Below are positions 13,559-26,378 of a stretch of 64,000 bases of DNA, one piece after another. A program made the position numbers and the translations under genes. The stretch's first letter is position 1. Each line of letters begins with the position of its first letter. Below the pieces are notes generated by a model. The model did no database searches. It was not told where the DNA came from and saw nothing but the letters and a program-made list of their open reading frames with translations. Origin of the DNA: Ramazzottius varieornatus (taxonomy: Eukaryota; Animalia; Tardigrada); the NCBI GenBank assembly GCA_001949185.1, contig BDGG01000005.1:2159249-2223248 (forward strand), written 5' to 3'.

Positions 13559-13951
13559 TTAACAATCTTGAAGAAACTCCGAAACTCGGTCGGGCGAAGC
13601 GCAGTCCAGTTCCTCCAGACGGTCGACCTCCCTGCCTTCGACAAACTTGATCAGCGTCGGGATACACTTTAGCTTCAGTTCTCTGCGCCATTCGTTCTCG
13701 GGATTTTTCCATTCGTCGCGGTTGCCAACTGCTGTACGAATCATCTGTGTGCCATCCGGAGCGTGCTTTAACGCTTCTTTAATGATAGGCTCAGCGATAA
13801 CGCAGTCAGGGCACCAGCTTCTTCCCGTGGTTGGATCTTCGTTGCCGTAGAAGTAGCCAAAGAACTTGGGAATCCTGGAATGACATTCTTGTCCCCAAGC
13901 TCTGAACTCGAAAACGGAAGACGCTTTGTGGAGATGTGTAGGGGAAGCCAT
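13559..13951 (-). CDS. TXNDC17: Thioredoxin domain-containing protein 17 (TRP14) ortholog
   Basis: GRSWCPDCVIAEP active site, VGNRDEWKNPENEWR and LKCIPTLIKF motifs. Single coding exon; an upstream in-frame ATG near 14011 is possible. Confidence 0.92.
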   Translation of the reverse strand: MASPTHLHKASSVFEFRAWGQECHSRIPKFFGYFYGNEDPTTGRSWCPDCVIAEPIIKEALKHAPDGTQMIRTAVGNRDEWKNPENEWRRELKLKCIPTLIKFVEGREVDRLEELDCASPDRVSEFLQDC

Positions 13952-14529
13952 GGCGCTGTGGTGGCTGTGAACTTGGTGCGACGGGCTTTCTGAGGTTCCG
14001 TCGAGAGTCATTCTGTTGCCTTCTGTGATGTTCCTTCGACCTGTCAAGAGAGCGCAGCAAACAATATGATAAGATTCCGAGAGCGTAAAGCTCGAAGTTC
14101 ATAAAGACGCGATGGAAAAGTCCCGAATGGGAATGTGGATTGGTTGCTGCGTTAGAAGAACCGTAATCAACAATCAACTCTACTGGCTAACGCCAATAGT
14201 CCATAGACTGTCATTTAGTAGGTCACGTGTTCCGTAACTTCCGTGAAAACATAAACAAACAATTATGGCTATATGATATTACAACATTTTACATGACATG
14301 ACCAACGTTTGCATAGATGAACCTCTTTTATGGATTCCTGATCAGGAGTATCCTAACTTGAGTGCTCCTTACACTTCGAATCGAAAGAGATAGTTTACCC
14401 GCACAAAATCTCGCTCCAGTCAAACATCCTTCTAACACGTGGACAAGTCAAAACAATAAGGTCGACACCAAAATGCGCAATCCACACTCGTCGTTATAAC
14501 GCAGCAACCCGGATCGGCTACATGCAGAA

Positions 14530-15499
14530 CTAAGGTTTGTAACCGGTGTTGGGACGAAGAACAAATCCTTTCGGGAACTGGAAGACGCGTGGGAAGTTCT
14601 CCCGCTCTTCCTCCGAATAATCGGCCAGCTTCTTCGGTACCTCCGTTATCCGTCGGATTTGGCCAGTCACATTCCTCATGATTTCTTCTGGAACCTCCTA
14701 AAAACAGCCCGAAGTCGTTGTAATTCGTCCTCACCTCAAAGACAATCACGTTGACCAGATAAAAGCTGGTTTGCGGTACCTCTTCGGGGAAAATGTGACA
14801 TCTGCTCATATATAGAGCGCGAAGCTGTGTGCACTTGAACTTTTTCTTGATCTGTCGCCTCAAGAACTCGGTTGGATCGTCTTGATGGAGTTTCCAGGCT
14901 GGCGTCCATGAAACTCCTTTAGTGTACCTATTTCGAAATGCTTGGAGAAATAGTTAACTCGTTAGGCTTCTTTCGACTTAAGGCTCTATACGCACATTGA
15001 GCGTGATTATAGTACTAACCCGGTATTATGGTAGAATTCTATACGCTCCCACAAATCTCCCTCCAGGGCGATATGTTTCGAGTTGACTATAACCACATGA
15101 TCTCCGCAGTCGGCTATTTAAGGATAAAGGGTTGATTAGCGAGATTTTGCACTCTATAGTCTCAGCGATAGAGCGAACTTGATCAACCCAGTGAGCATAC
15201 TCTGCGGTGAAAAGAGTGGCTTGGTTTTCCCATTCAGATACGGCCGAATGTGGTAAGCAGTTTGGAATGGATCCTGGTTTTTTGCGTCAAAGAGCCACCA
15301 CTGTCTTGCGAAAGTTGCCCATTGCTGTTCTCAGACGAAAACAGAAGTTAGTGACACGTTGCCACATCACAGATGTCGGATGAGGAGGATACATAACCAG
15401 AACCACGAGATGTTACGCGTTTCTCACCTGTACTCGGTTGAATACGTTCTCCGGTCCCTTCCGTAAGTATATGTTGGTCGCGTTTATGTTGAACGACAT
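14530..15499 (-). CDS. MRPL13: Mitochondrial ribosomal protein uL13m (5 exons: 15499-15428, 15324-15201, 15113-15020, 14927-14780, 14697-14530)
   Basis: Manual splicing gives ...RVQQWATFARQWWLFDAK...TDCGDHVVIVNSKHIAL...HNTGYTKGVSWTPAWKLHQDDP...HIFPEEEVPEEIMRNV...VPKKLADYSEEERENFPRVF. All introns are GT-AG with consistent phases. The ORF track misses this gene. Confidence 0.95.
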
Positions 15500-16211
15500 G
15501 TTGTTTTGTCAGAGCTTCGGCAACCCCCCAAGTCCCCACTTGCTGTCCTGACGTCCAGGAAGCTGAGGAAAGATGACTTGATAATAAGATGATCGAAAGA
15601 AGTCAAAAAGATGACTTCCGGCACCCTGCTTCCGGTCGGCCCTGACTTGCTAACGATCAAATGAGAACCAGCAATCAAAACGTCGAAGTTCACTGTCGAA
15701 ACTGCGATAACTTGATGTTGTAAACTCCGCCTGCTGTAAACGTAATAATAGCGGTTTGTAAGCATAGCAGGACAAGACTCCCGGAACGAAACATGGGCCC
15801 GCTTACGAAATTTGCATGTGGAGGGGGAAATTTCGCAGGCCGATGCAACTCGCCCTCCCGGTCGTCTCGTCTTGGTATGTCTTCAACAGCCTACTGTGAT
15901 GGCAGCATACGTTCAATGGTCGCACTGTCGTTTCGCGCCGTATCGACAAAAATCTTCCAGATTTAAACTTTCGTTCGTTTCCGTTGCGATCTTACCAGTT
16001 TTTCCCTTTCCCGTTGTCGATACGATCTTCAGCTCCTGTACCGTCGGTGCATTGTTTTAAGCTGAGTTGCATAACAACATCTGCGTGCGTGAGGAAGAGG
16101 AGGTAAGCTTTCTCAACGCCGTTGCGTATCGTGAACTGGTCTTTCTCGACTTTGATGTCTTGCCAGATCTCCTTTCCTGCTAGAAAAGATTGCTGTACCC
16201 TGACTTGCAAG

Positions 16212-19200
16212 ATGCCTCTGTTGACTCGCGGCAATGCTCCCAGTGCAATCAAGCGAAAGTTAGAGACAGGAGAGATATCAGAAAATTCTACCAGTAGGAA
16301 GTCCAGTTTAGGTTCGCCTGGAGTCACCCACAACGTCTTCAAGAAGCACAAATTCTCCGCTGCCTATCGTCTGAACGTCGCAACAGCTGAGAAGACTGCT
16401 AAAGACGATGAGAAGTCCGCCACAGCCCGAGCTGCAACCATATCATCGCACGAAGACTTCATTCGTAAGTTATTGTCCAAGCCGTTCAAATGTCCTCTCC
16501 CAGGCTACGACTCCAGCGGAAGAGCTCTGGGTATTCGACGGGATGGTGTAAGAAGACCTCTATGGGATCCTTATGGAGATGGAGCTTTGGTGCTGTATAC
16601 TCCACCGGAACTTTCACCAGCTGAACAACTGAAGGTACCATTTTTCATTCGGAACAAAATCGACAAGATCGTCTCCCATAAGTGGCGCACACTTTCAGTG
16701 TCATTGGCCGTGAGAGTGCGCCAGTTGGAATGATAACCTTGACTAGATCAGATTTTCCAGGTTGCGCACGCTTTCAGTAAGAAGCACTGGAAATGTGCGC
16801 TACTTGAGATAATTTTGTTGTTGAGTTAATGAGAGTTGGGTTAAGTCGATGAGTTTGCTTGCCAATTTTCCATTTCAGTAATATTTTGTTTCAGTTCCTC
16901 GTACGTATGTGCGAGATTGTCCTCGTTGTAGATTAAGCCAGATAAGCAGCTCGTTCATGTCGTGGTGGATCCGATGTTGGGTAACGTGCTGAGACCTCAT
17001 CAGCGTGAAGGTGTGAAGTTCATGTTCGACTGCATGACGGGAGTGAAGATTCCCGACAGTTTTGGATGCATCATGGCCGATGATATGGGGTTGGGTAAAA
17101 CTTTGCAGACGATTGCACTGATCTGGACGTTGCTGAAGCAAGGTCCGGAGATGAAAGGTATCATCGAGAAAGCCATGATCGTTGCACCAAGCAGCTTAGT
17201 CCGAGTAAGCCCGTAGTTCCCTTTTCGATTTTCGCTACGCTTAATGGATATGGAGGTCTGAACTTTGTATTCTTTTTCGTTGCAGAACTGGGCAAATGAA
17301 ATCAAGAAGTGGCTCGGATCTCGAGTCAATCCCCTCGTCATCGATTCTGGCAAGAAAGATGAAATCGACAAAAATTTGGGTAAGAAAATCTTCTTAGGGG
17401 AGTATCAGATTGCCAACTGGTCTTCGCTAAATTTCTTTTGTGGGCTCGAACTAGATCTCTGCAAACAAACTGAACAAGGCTGTTTTCCTAAATGGCGCAC
17501 GTTCTCAGTGGTGTTGGCTGAAGGCTTGCTGCACTTTGTTGTCGCGTGCGTTTGTCTAGCTTCGAGATGAGGCTTTCATGGGTCGTTCGACCGAATTTCT
17601 CTAGGGGCTTCATTCGCCGATCTTCCTGTATGAAGTCTTGTCTACGATTACTTACTCTGCGTTTTCCTTTGCAGAACAATACGCGCGTCAGCAGGGAAGA
17701 AGGACTCCGACACCCATCCTGATCATCTCCTACGAGACATTCCGCGGTCACGCCGCTCAAGTCTACAAGAGTAAAGTCGGCTTGGTGGTCTGTGACGAAG
17801 GCCATCGATTAAAGAACTCTGAGAACCAGACGTACCAAGCTTTGGACGCCCTAGACTGTCCCCGTCGTGTCATCATTTCCGGTACGCCCATCCAGAACGA
17901 CCTGACAGAGTACTTCAGTATGGTCCACTTCGTTAACCGCGGACTACTCGGTACGCAACAAGAGTTTCAAAAGAAGTACATGAATGTCATTACTAAAGGC
18001 CGAGACGCTGACGCCTCAGAGGATGCTGTCAAGAAAGGGGCGGAAGTGATGGGAGAATTGACTGCCATAGTTAACCGTTGTATCATTCGACGCACTTCGG
18101 CTATCTTGTCGAAGTACCTTCCAGTGAAGGTCGAACTGGTCGTTTGCTGTGCCTTGACACCATTACAGGTAATGTTCGTTCAATTGTTCATTTCAGCATT
18201 TAGGAGAAACGAGCGCAGCGAGATCGGTAGCGTGTTTTTCGTGTCCTGCGTATACCTGCATACTCCGTTATCACGTTAGATATCATGGCTTAATGCATGC
18301 ACTTGCGTGGCACAGGGGCGCGTCTTTCGTTACTTGATGGAGACGCACGACTCGTCGCGCACCTGCATACATTTGCGGCGCACGAATGCTTCTCCTGCTG
18401 AATTAAGGTGTATGATACAGTACAGTGCAACTAGACGTGTGAATTGGGCACCTGCATACATCTGCACCGTGATGGCCGTATGGCTTGCCGTATGCAGGTG
18501 CAGGAAAGCAGCCCCGTTCATTTTACCGCTCTTCTAATTCTTTTTGTGATGACAGCTTGAGTTGTACGAGACTTTCCTGCAATCGAAGAGTGTCAAAGCC
18601 ATCGCAAAAGCTGCCGATGAAGATAAACCAACCAAGGGAATGGCTTCATCTTTGGCTGCCATCACTTCGCTCAAGAAACTCTGCAACCATCCCGACCTGA
18701 TATGGGAATTGTGTCGCGAGAAGAAAGAAGGATGGGAAAAAGGTCTCGACTGCTTCCCACCAGGCTACAACCCCGCCAAGAGCGTCCAGCCTGAACTGTC
18801 CGGAAAAATGGCCGTACTGGACGGTATTCTAGCCTTGCTGAAGTCTACGACCAAGGACAAAGTCGTCTTGGTATCGAACTACACGGAAACGATGGATGTA
18901 TTCGAGAAGCTCTGTCGCCAACGAAGGTACTTTCTTTTATAGTCCTTTTAAAAGTCACATGTAGACTAACGATAATGTTATTCTATAGATATAATTACGT
19001 TCGGCTGGATGGTTCGATGACCATCAAGAAACGCGGAAAAGTCGTGGAGAAGTTCAACAGTCCGGACAGTGACGACTTCGTCTTCATGCTGAGTAGTAAA
19101 GCTGGAGGTTGTGGACTGAACTTGATTGGCGCGAATCGCCTGGTCATGTTCGATCCCGACTGGAACCCGGCTAACGACGACCAGGCCATGGCTCGTGTCT

Positions 19201-19840
19201 GGCGTGATGGACAGCAGAAACAGTGCTACATCTATCGACTCCTCAGTACAGGTACGAATTCTTCCCGTTTCCCTCACGAACAAGCATACGCTGTGCTGTA
19301 CAGTTTAGTCTGGTATGCTGATATGCAGGTGCATACGATCTGAGCACCTCATGCTCCTGCATGCTCGTCCACTTGACAAATTTATGAATGTGTATGCATG
19401 TTTTGAATATTTGCTGCTCTGCCGTTTCTTTTGTGCACGGCTGAAAGATGGATCTTCTGTAGTTTCACTGGATTTGTTTTCCAGGTACGATTGAGGAGAA
19501 GATTCTTCAACGTCAACTGCACAAGAAAGCCCTGAAAGATTGTGTAGTGGACGATATCGACGCTGAGCGACACTACAGCGCAGCGGACCTTCGTGACTTG
19601 TTCAAGCTGAACAAGAACACCAACAGTGACACTCACAGTCAGCTGAAGTGTACGAGGTGCTTCAAAGACGTCCAGATTAAGTCTCCGAACGAAGACAGTA
19701 ACTGCGCCAGCGACTTCTCGCAGTGGCATCATCACAATGACAGCAAGAAGATTCCAGACAACGTCCTGAAGCAAGTGTGGCAGATCGGCTGCACTTTCGC
19801 GTTCCACCAAAGAAGCCACGAAGCAAAAAGTGTTTCCTGA
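16212..19840 (+). CDS. RAD54L: DNA repair and recombination protein RAD54-like, SNF2 ATPase (7 coding exons: 16212-16634, 16932-17204, 17286-17379, 17675-18168, 18556-18926, 18989-19251, 19485-19840)
   Basis: [88 protein letters not shown], and the C-terminal SDTH..KC.RC motif. Rad54 N-terminal [13 protein letters not shown]. Confidence 0.97.
16648..16828. repeat. Dimeric palindromic element in RAD54L intron 1
   Basis: Units at 16680 and 16759, both with spacer 25; left outer arm aacaaaatcgacaagatcg. Confidence 0.85.
17460..17540. repeat. Degenerate palindromic element in RAD54L intron 3
   Basis: gcaaacaaactgaacaag...aaatggcgcacgttctcagtggtgttggctgaagg; right arm decayed. Confidence 0.7.
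18246..18504. repeat. CCTGCATAC-rich inverted-repeat element in RAD54L intron 4 (related motifs in intron 6, ~19280-19400)
   Basis: acctgcatac at ~18254, 18361 and 18450, with the inverted gtatgcaggtg at ~18490. Confidence 0.55.
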
Positions 19841-20238
19841 GTTCATCATGGTTTTCCTTGCTCCTCTCCTGTACGCTCAATTTTATATTCCTGTTTTGTC
19901 AGTATTTTTCTCAGATGGCCTCGATCGTTTTTGTCGATCTCTTCGGTGACATAAAATACACAATTTTGGTTCTTTTCTTATCTCAAGTATAGAGTATCCC
20001 TTCCATTTTTCTGCTTTGCAGTCTTTAGCTAGAATTAGTCTGACTTGCTTTTCTCTGTTGATAAAGTCGGTTTTTATCATAACAGTGTATCAGAAATGAA
20101 TTTTATATCAACGCCAAAATCTCTTTACCGTTCAGCACAGGAATAATTTTTAGAATGGTGTTCGCGAAAGATCAGGTTTATCTTCAACTTTTAGATCAAC
20201 CATTGTAAACGAAACAAGAGCAAAACTATACAAAAGCG

Positions 20239-23200
20239 TCAGAATGGCACTGGCGCAGCAGCAACAGGCGGCGGGTTTTCTTTTTCCTTTGGTTTATCGA
20301 TAATCCCCAACGCTTCCAAGCACCACTTCGCCACTTCCGCTTTGGCTAGCTTCTTACTCGTCCCACTGACCGTCGGTTTATACGTCACATTGTTAATGGT
20401 CACTTTGAACCCGAACGTCTTCCTGTGACTGGCGCTCTGTGTATGTTCCACAATCTCTTCGAACCTCGGCGTGCCCCATCCCTTCTTCGTACAAGCTTCA
20501 TTCAGCGCCGAACACGGGTGAACTTGCGCACATCCACCATATGCCACAGTCTTGACACCCGGATGAAAGATGACTTGTGCGCCACGCTTCTCTTCTTCCG
20601 CCACCAGCCCGCGTTTGTTCATCTTCACTTCCATCTTCAACGGTTCAAGTTGCCCAGTTTGTCTTAAACCAATCGCCCGACCATGTACCCAACCCATCTT
20701 TTGTAACAAGTACTGTCCCTTGCCCCCAACAGGCGCGAGGTTCATCAGTTGGTCCCTTCTGGCCCACGCTTGTTTCTCACCAGGACCGTGTAACGGTACC
20801 TTTGCTACTACCACCTCCCCCGTGAAACCACCGTCACCCCTATACTGAAATTGATTGGCCCATTCGAGCATAGCTTGTTGTGTATCCTGCATCTGCGTGA
20901 GTATTTCTGGGTTGTGCGGGTCACTAGCTAGTTGTCGCTGGAACTTCAACAAGCGGAGTTTGTCAGAGAAGCTGACTGGTATACGGTAGTCAGGAGCGGG
21001 TAACGCCGTCCTCAACTGTTTTTCTAGCGTCAACGGTTCATTCTCCGGACCTTCTTCCACGTCTTTGTCTTTGCTTCGACTGCCATCTTTGTCGCGAGCG
21101 TTCAGTTCGCGCGGACGCATCTCGGCGACGGCGTCTTCTTCTACTCTCTGCCATGTTAGGTGGCGATGAGCCGAGCCAGTGGACACTGGAAAGAGCTGAC
21201 GTAGTGTGCCGGTTTGGGCGTTACCGGTGCGGAGGGAGAGGTTTCGACAGCCGCGAATGTCGATGGGAATCTCGAAAGCCAAGGGACGGTCTTTGACGAG
21301 GAATGGATGGTTGACGATGGGGAGCTCAGACGCGACGCTGGACCGATCGTCGTCATCGTCACCACCGTCACCTTTCTTCGCGCGCTCTTTCTGTGCCATA
21401 CGCTTGCAGAAGGCCGTCAGATCGTCCAAGGACCTTCCGCCTACACAAAGAAAAACAATGGTGAGGCTAAAGCAGCAAAAACGGAACACTTCCGGTTGGC
21501 GGCACGGCCTTGTCCGTACGTACGAACTGATACAGGGGCGTGCCGTGAAACGGAACTGGTGCTTTTAAACCACGTACCTGATCGATACATCGCCCGTTCT
21601 TCGGCCGTCATCGTGTACATCGGCGGTATCTTCCCTTGTCTTCTCATTTCAATCGAGTTCTTATAAGCAATCTCCCTCAGCGCTTTCTTGTCGATCATAC
21701 TGCTAGCAATCGTATCGTACGAGGAAGCCCGATGTGCGCGCTTTCTCGTCTCCGGCGACAAAGCTCTCCTCCTCGAAGCGATTGAAATCGACGGTGAGAT
21801 CGACCGTCTTCCGCGAGCATTCGAAGCCCGGTCCAGCGACCTTCTTCGCATAGTTCCCACAGGTGACAGCGACCGTTGCCGAATGCGTCTTGGTGTCGGT
21901 ATCCTGACTGGCGAATCTTTGTCTTTGGTTCGACTGGAGGACCGGGAGGAGCGCTTCTTGCTGTCGGCTCGTTCACTCCTGGCGCGTTCTTTTTCTCGTT
22001 CCTTCTGCTTCTTCTTCTCGTAATACTTCAGGTTGATTTCAATCTTCTCGGATTTTTTGTGGATGAGGGGTTTCTTACCGAAGATGGCCATGTTAGAGAT
22101 GGAGCCAGCTTCGTCTTCGTCCGAATCTGAGGCTTCAAGACCGATTTCCGTGACGATTTGACCGTCTTCTCGAGTGAGGTGTTTCTCGATGAGGTCGAGG
22201 ATATCTTCCACCATGTTTTCCGGCTTGGCTTCGGGTTCCTCTTTAGCATCTTTGGACTTTTTGGCTACAATAAGAAACCTTCCTGTACTCAATGTTTATT
22301 CGAATCAAACAAACAAACTCAACAGGTCGTCTTTTCCAAGCGGCGCACGTTTCCAGTTAAAACTCTGAGAGCGTGCGCCACTTGGATGAACAAAACGAAA
22401 TCTGCTTTCCAAGTGGCGCATGCTTTCGGTCAGCAACACTGAAAACGTGCGTCACTTGGGGAAACAACCTTGTTGAGTTTAGTTGGTATCTGGCAACCTT
22501 GCACACTATCTAAAATGACAGCCCAAACAGTTTCAACTGTTTCGACGTACCTTTGGGTATCTCTGGGATTTTGAAGACTTCGTCGTTCATGATAGAAGAG
22601 GAAGCCGGAGAACTCCCTCGGCTGTTCTTCATCTTCTCCTGCACCACCTTGTTCCATTCAGGAGAATTTCGTTCGCGATCAGAACTGTGTGTACTCCGAG
22701 TGGGTGAAACACTTCTGTTGGACGATCCCAGCCTTCTTCGCTCGGGCGGAACTGCTTGTTCCCACTCGGCATTTGTTCTTTGCCTGCGGTTAGGAGAAAG
22801 TTCTCGATCACAGTCAGCACTTGATCGCCATCTCGGCAAGTTCTCGAGCTCAAAGTCTGGGGACATTCTTTCAGGAGAACAGCTACGGCCAGAACTCGGT
22901 CTCCTGCCTGTAGACAAGTACCAGTTAGCATCACAATGTCTTAGGTTTGTTCGACTGACGGCACGGCCATGACCAACAAGGTCAACAATTCAAGGCCGAA
23001 CCCCTAAGTAAAACGAAACCAGCGAATGTTTTTTAGTACCTGCATATCCTTCGGTGGATCTAGACGATGGCCATGCTCGGTCAGGTGAATGACAACGGTC
23101 AAAGCTAGACCGGCTGTCGAAGTCTGGAGAGTTCCGGCGAACTGGTTGTGAGCAGAGGCTGGCTGGTGGAGAGACTTGACGGTAGTCTCTTCTTCGCATG

Positions 23201-25585
23201 TCAGCAAAGAAACTGCGGGTTGGTCCAGTATCACGTCTCACTTCCGGAGAGAAGCCTCGGTTCGACCGCGCATCTCGTCGCGGTTCAGGTGACAAGCCCC
23301 GTTCCGACCAGGAAGCTTTGCGGGCCTCCGGAGAGAAACCACGTTCCGACAAGGACGTTTTGCGTAGTTCAGGCGAGAAGCTGCGGTTCGACCGCGGACC
23401 TCTTGGCATGTCAGGTGAGAAACCACGGTCAGATCGAGCGTCTCGTGGACGCCGGTTTTCCAGGAACCGTTCTTCGGACGAAAGTGGTCGTCGGTATGTC
23501 CTGAAACACAATCACGCTGTTTTGAAATAGACTCACAGAACAAGTTGATCGATGAAACGAGTAAACATGAGTTAGGCACTTGGCCTGATCACAATAGCTT
23601 CCGGTTGGGAGCACGGCCTTGACCACAAACATCGAACACATCAGGACCATGCCGCAGTCCGGAAGTTGACAGGAAACGCGGCGACAAAAGCCCCACCTGA
23701 AGTTCTTCCAATGAACGCAGATGCTTTTAACATCGACTCTACTGAGATTTGACAAAATGCTGCTCAGGTCAATTCCGAGTTTCCTTTTAACGGGAAAAAA
23801 CCAAATTACCTGTCAGGCGAATCACGGCGACGATACTGGAAGTCGTCTCCCCGACTTCTGCTCCTCCCGTTATTCTCGCTTCTAGAACGCGTTCCTGCAG
23901 GCTCACGCGATGACGACCTTCCAGAACGAGAAGACCGATCGTTGTCGCCATGGACAGATTTCTTTTTCGAAGCTGAACGACGCTCTTCCTTGACAGGTAT
24001 TTCCCCCTCTTCGATATCTTCGTCGTTAACGACTTTCTTCTTGGTTTTATCTTTCACGACCTTTTTCTTCTTCGAACTTCCCTTCTCCCCATCCTTCTTG
24101 CTCTTCGAGCTCTTTACCGATGCTGAAGATTTCACGCTCTTTGCGTCTTTGACTGACGAGGAAGATTTCTTCGACTTTGCTTTCTTCGATGATTTTGATT
24201 CCTTCTCTCTTTCCGCAGACGCTTTCTTCTTCTTACGTGACTTACTCGTCTTCCTTTCCTCCTTCGTCAAAGCTGTCTTCTTCCTTGGAGGTGTCGGGGA
24301 GGTTTCTTTGATGATGTCATAGGCGCTGATGGCGAAGGTCTCATCTGTGGTACTCGAGATCGCGTTGTCTGATTCGGTCATGGACAGCTCGACTTTCGTC
24401 GGACTTGATAGGCCAGGAGACTGTGAAAGTACGGCTTTGACAGCCGGTTCCGGTGCACCGAGTAGAGGCTTGGACAGGTTTATGTTGAAGACGATGGAAG
24501 GACGAGCTGGCTCTTGCAAAGCTCGCTTAGGCGAAATGAGGGTCGAAGTGTCCACAACGAAGTTCCCAAACAATCCACCTACAAAGCAAATGAAAAATGC
24601 ATTAGCAGACCAAGAATTCTGTCTTTAACATTGTTGATGTTTGCGGACCATACAATAGTGCGGAAAAGAGGAAAAGAAGAGCTATCACAAAATCAAAATA
24701 CGGTCGTCACGATTTCAATTCTTCGGCAACAGCCTTGATGCATAAATTCGGCCCATTCGAGGCCGTGCCATTGACCGGAAATGCATAGAAAACCGTGCAG
24801 CTACACAATTCAATACCTGTTTTCTTCTTCTTCGCCACGCTGTGGAGTTCTTCGAGGGACAAGTCATCGGAAATCTGGATAGGCAATGCCTGAGTAACTT
24901 TTTTCACTGGAGGTGGTAGCAACACTAACGGCTCCATAACGGGAGCAGAATCAGTTTCGTCCTTGGCAAGACTTCCCAAACGATCACCCAGCTTTCTCGC
25001 TCGACGTTCCACCGTATGGAGATTCTGCATATCACTTGCATTGAACGATATCGAACCTCTTTGTGATGTCGACTCTTTATTTTCGTCTGCAGTCAACGTC
25101 CGGGCTGACGTCGTAGTCGACCTTCTCGCTTTCCACTCTTCGAACGTCAGCGGTGAAAAAGGCTCATCTTCATCTTTACTGTCGTTAAGTTCCTTCTTCG
25201 TCGCAGCATCTTCCACCTGCACTGAGGTCGTTTCAGAAGGTTGATGTTCGACGACAGCAGCGGGGCTTTGTGGACTTTCATCCTCGGTGACTTGAATCTT
25301 CGAGTTGGACCATAAGTCGGGAACATCTGTCACGACATAGTTGGGTGGTTTGTACCTGTAGGATGTGTCGTACTTGGATAAACAGCGAGCCCCATCTGTT
25401 GATGCGAATGAAAGACCTTGGTTACGACTTGATGAGGGTAACGCGAAGCGCTCTGGCTCTGCGGCTGATGGTGACAGCGGTCCATCGAGATCTTCCGAAC
25501 GCTGCGTTCGCTTTCGTGAAGGCTCTTCGACTATAAGAGGATCGATTGGCGTGCTAGTTCTTTTGTTCGGTGGAGGCGTACCCAT
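20239..25585 (-). CDS. SON: SON-like splicing factor (K/RS-rich regions, G-patch, C-terminal dsRBM); multi-exon, 5' end uncertain
   Basis: IDKKALREIAYKN, QLFPVSTGSAHR, G-patch GKGQYLLQKMGW...G..EP...KRGL, dsRBM HPCSALNEACTKKGWGTP...KKLAKAEVAKWCLEALG. Upstream same-strand RS- and K-rich exons at 21441-22292, 22510-22917, 22990-23511, 23806-24573 and 24707-25585. Confidence 0.88.
22308..22487. repeat. Dimeric palindromic element in SON intron
   Basis: Units at 22338 (spacer 24) and 22411 (spacer 25); outer arms aaacaaactcaacagg...ccttgttgagttt. Confidence 0.85.
23190..23445 (-). repeat. Coding 42-bp (14-aa) tandem repeat x6 in SON-like exon
   Basis: RSDRGFSPDMPRGP/RSNRSFSPELRKTS/LSERGFSPEARKAS/WSERGLSPEPRRDA/RSNRGFSPEVRRDT/GPTRSFFADMRRRD. 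Confidence 0.85.
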
Positions 25586-26378
25586 GATCTTTGGAAGAGG
25601 TGAAATCCGAGTGTGGTCAGAGTAATGTGGGAAAACAGCTGATGGAGATGGGGTGATGGACTTCGTCCCTGAAATGGCCTGAATATAACCTATCGATTAA
25701 CAACATCCAGTGTCGTCCACGCACAAACTACATTATCATTTGTACGAGCAAGCGTTTCTGCGAAAGCGAAAATCCGCTTTCGAACTCTGCTTTCACAATT
25801 CTTTTCGGGAACGTTCGCTGTAGTAGACTGTGTAACATGGACGGAGGGGAACAAGTAAAAGTGAAGACTCACCTTGGCATAGCTTCGCGCCGTCGTTCTA
25901 CCCACTGGGCATTAGGCGTTGCAGACATCCTTCTCCGCGATCGAAGACGTACATCTGGATTCTGGAGTGTTGCCTGTCGTCCGTCCAGGCATCGAGGGCT
26001 TATTTCCTCAAGAAGGACGTGTGCACGTCACGCAGCGAGAAGGAAGCTGCTCCAGAGAAATTCCGAAGGCTGACTGGCTGAAGCAGCTGGTGGTGCAGTC
26101 GAGCGGCCCGAGCAGGTAAAAAGGGGGCTGTCGTACATGCGTTTCATGGTTCCGGTTGATTTCTCGCACAGTTGACTTGCCCAAAGTGCAGCACCGATTT
26201 TTCGCAATGTGGGACTTATCGATTACCGCGCATTATTATTCGTTTTCTGAGTTTTAGTTTTTGCAATTTGCACATGCTGGTTTTTGGTACGGTACTGTAA
26301 TTATTTGATTTTCTCCATATCCGCATTCCAAGAAGTCTCCTGTCCGAACTCTTTATTTTACGGAGATTATCGTGAGAC

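Noticed and set aside
14432-14863. 143-aa ORF as a standalone gene
   Set aside because: It is read-through of an MRPL13 exon into intron and out-of-frame sequence.
16635-16931. Palindromic elements as Introner (intron-generating) transposons
   Set aside because: Splice donors and acceptors lie outside the element, with unrelated flanking intron sequence; the element sits within introns rather than forming them.
20425-25625. Many plus-strand ORFs antisense to SON (and similar antisense ORFs over WDR47, RAD54L and the cyclase)
   Set aside because: Shadow ORFs of low-complexity or codon-biased coding sequence, with no independent motifs.
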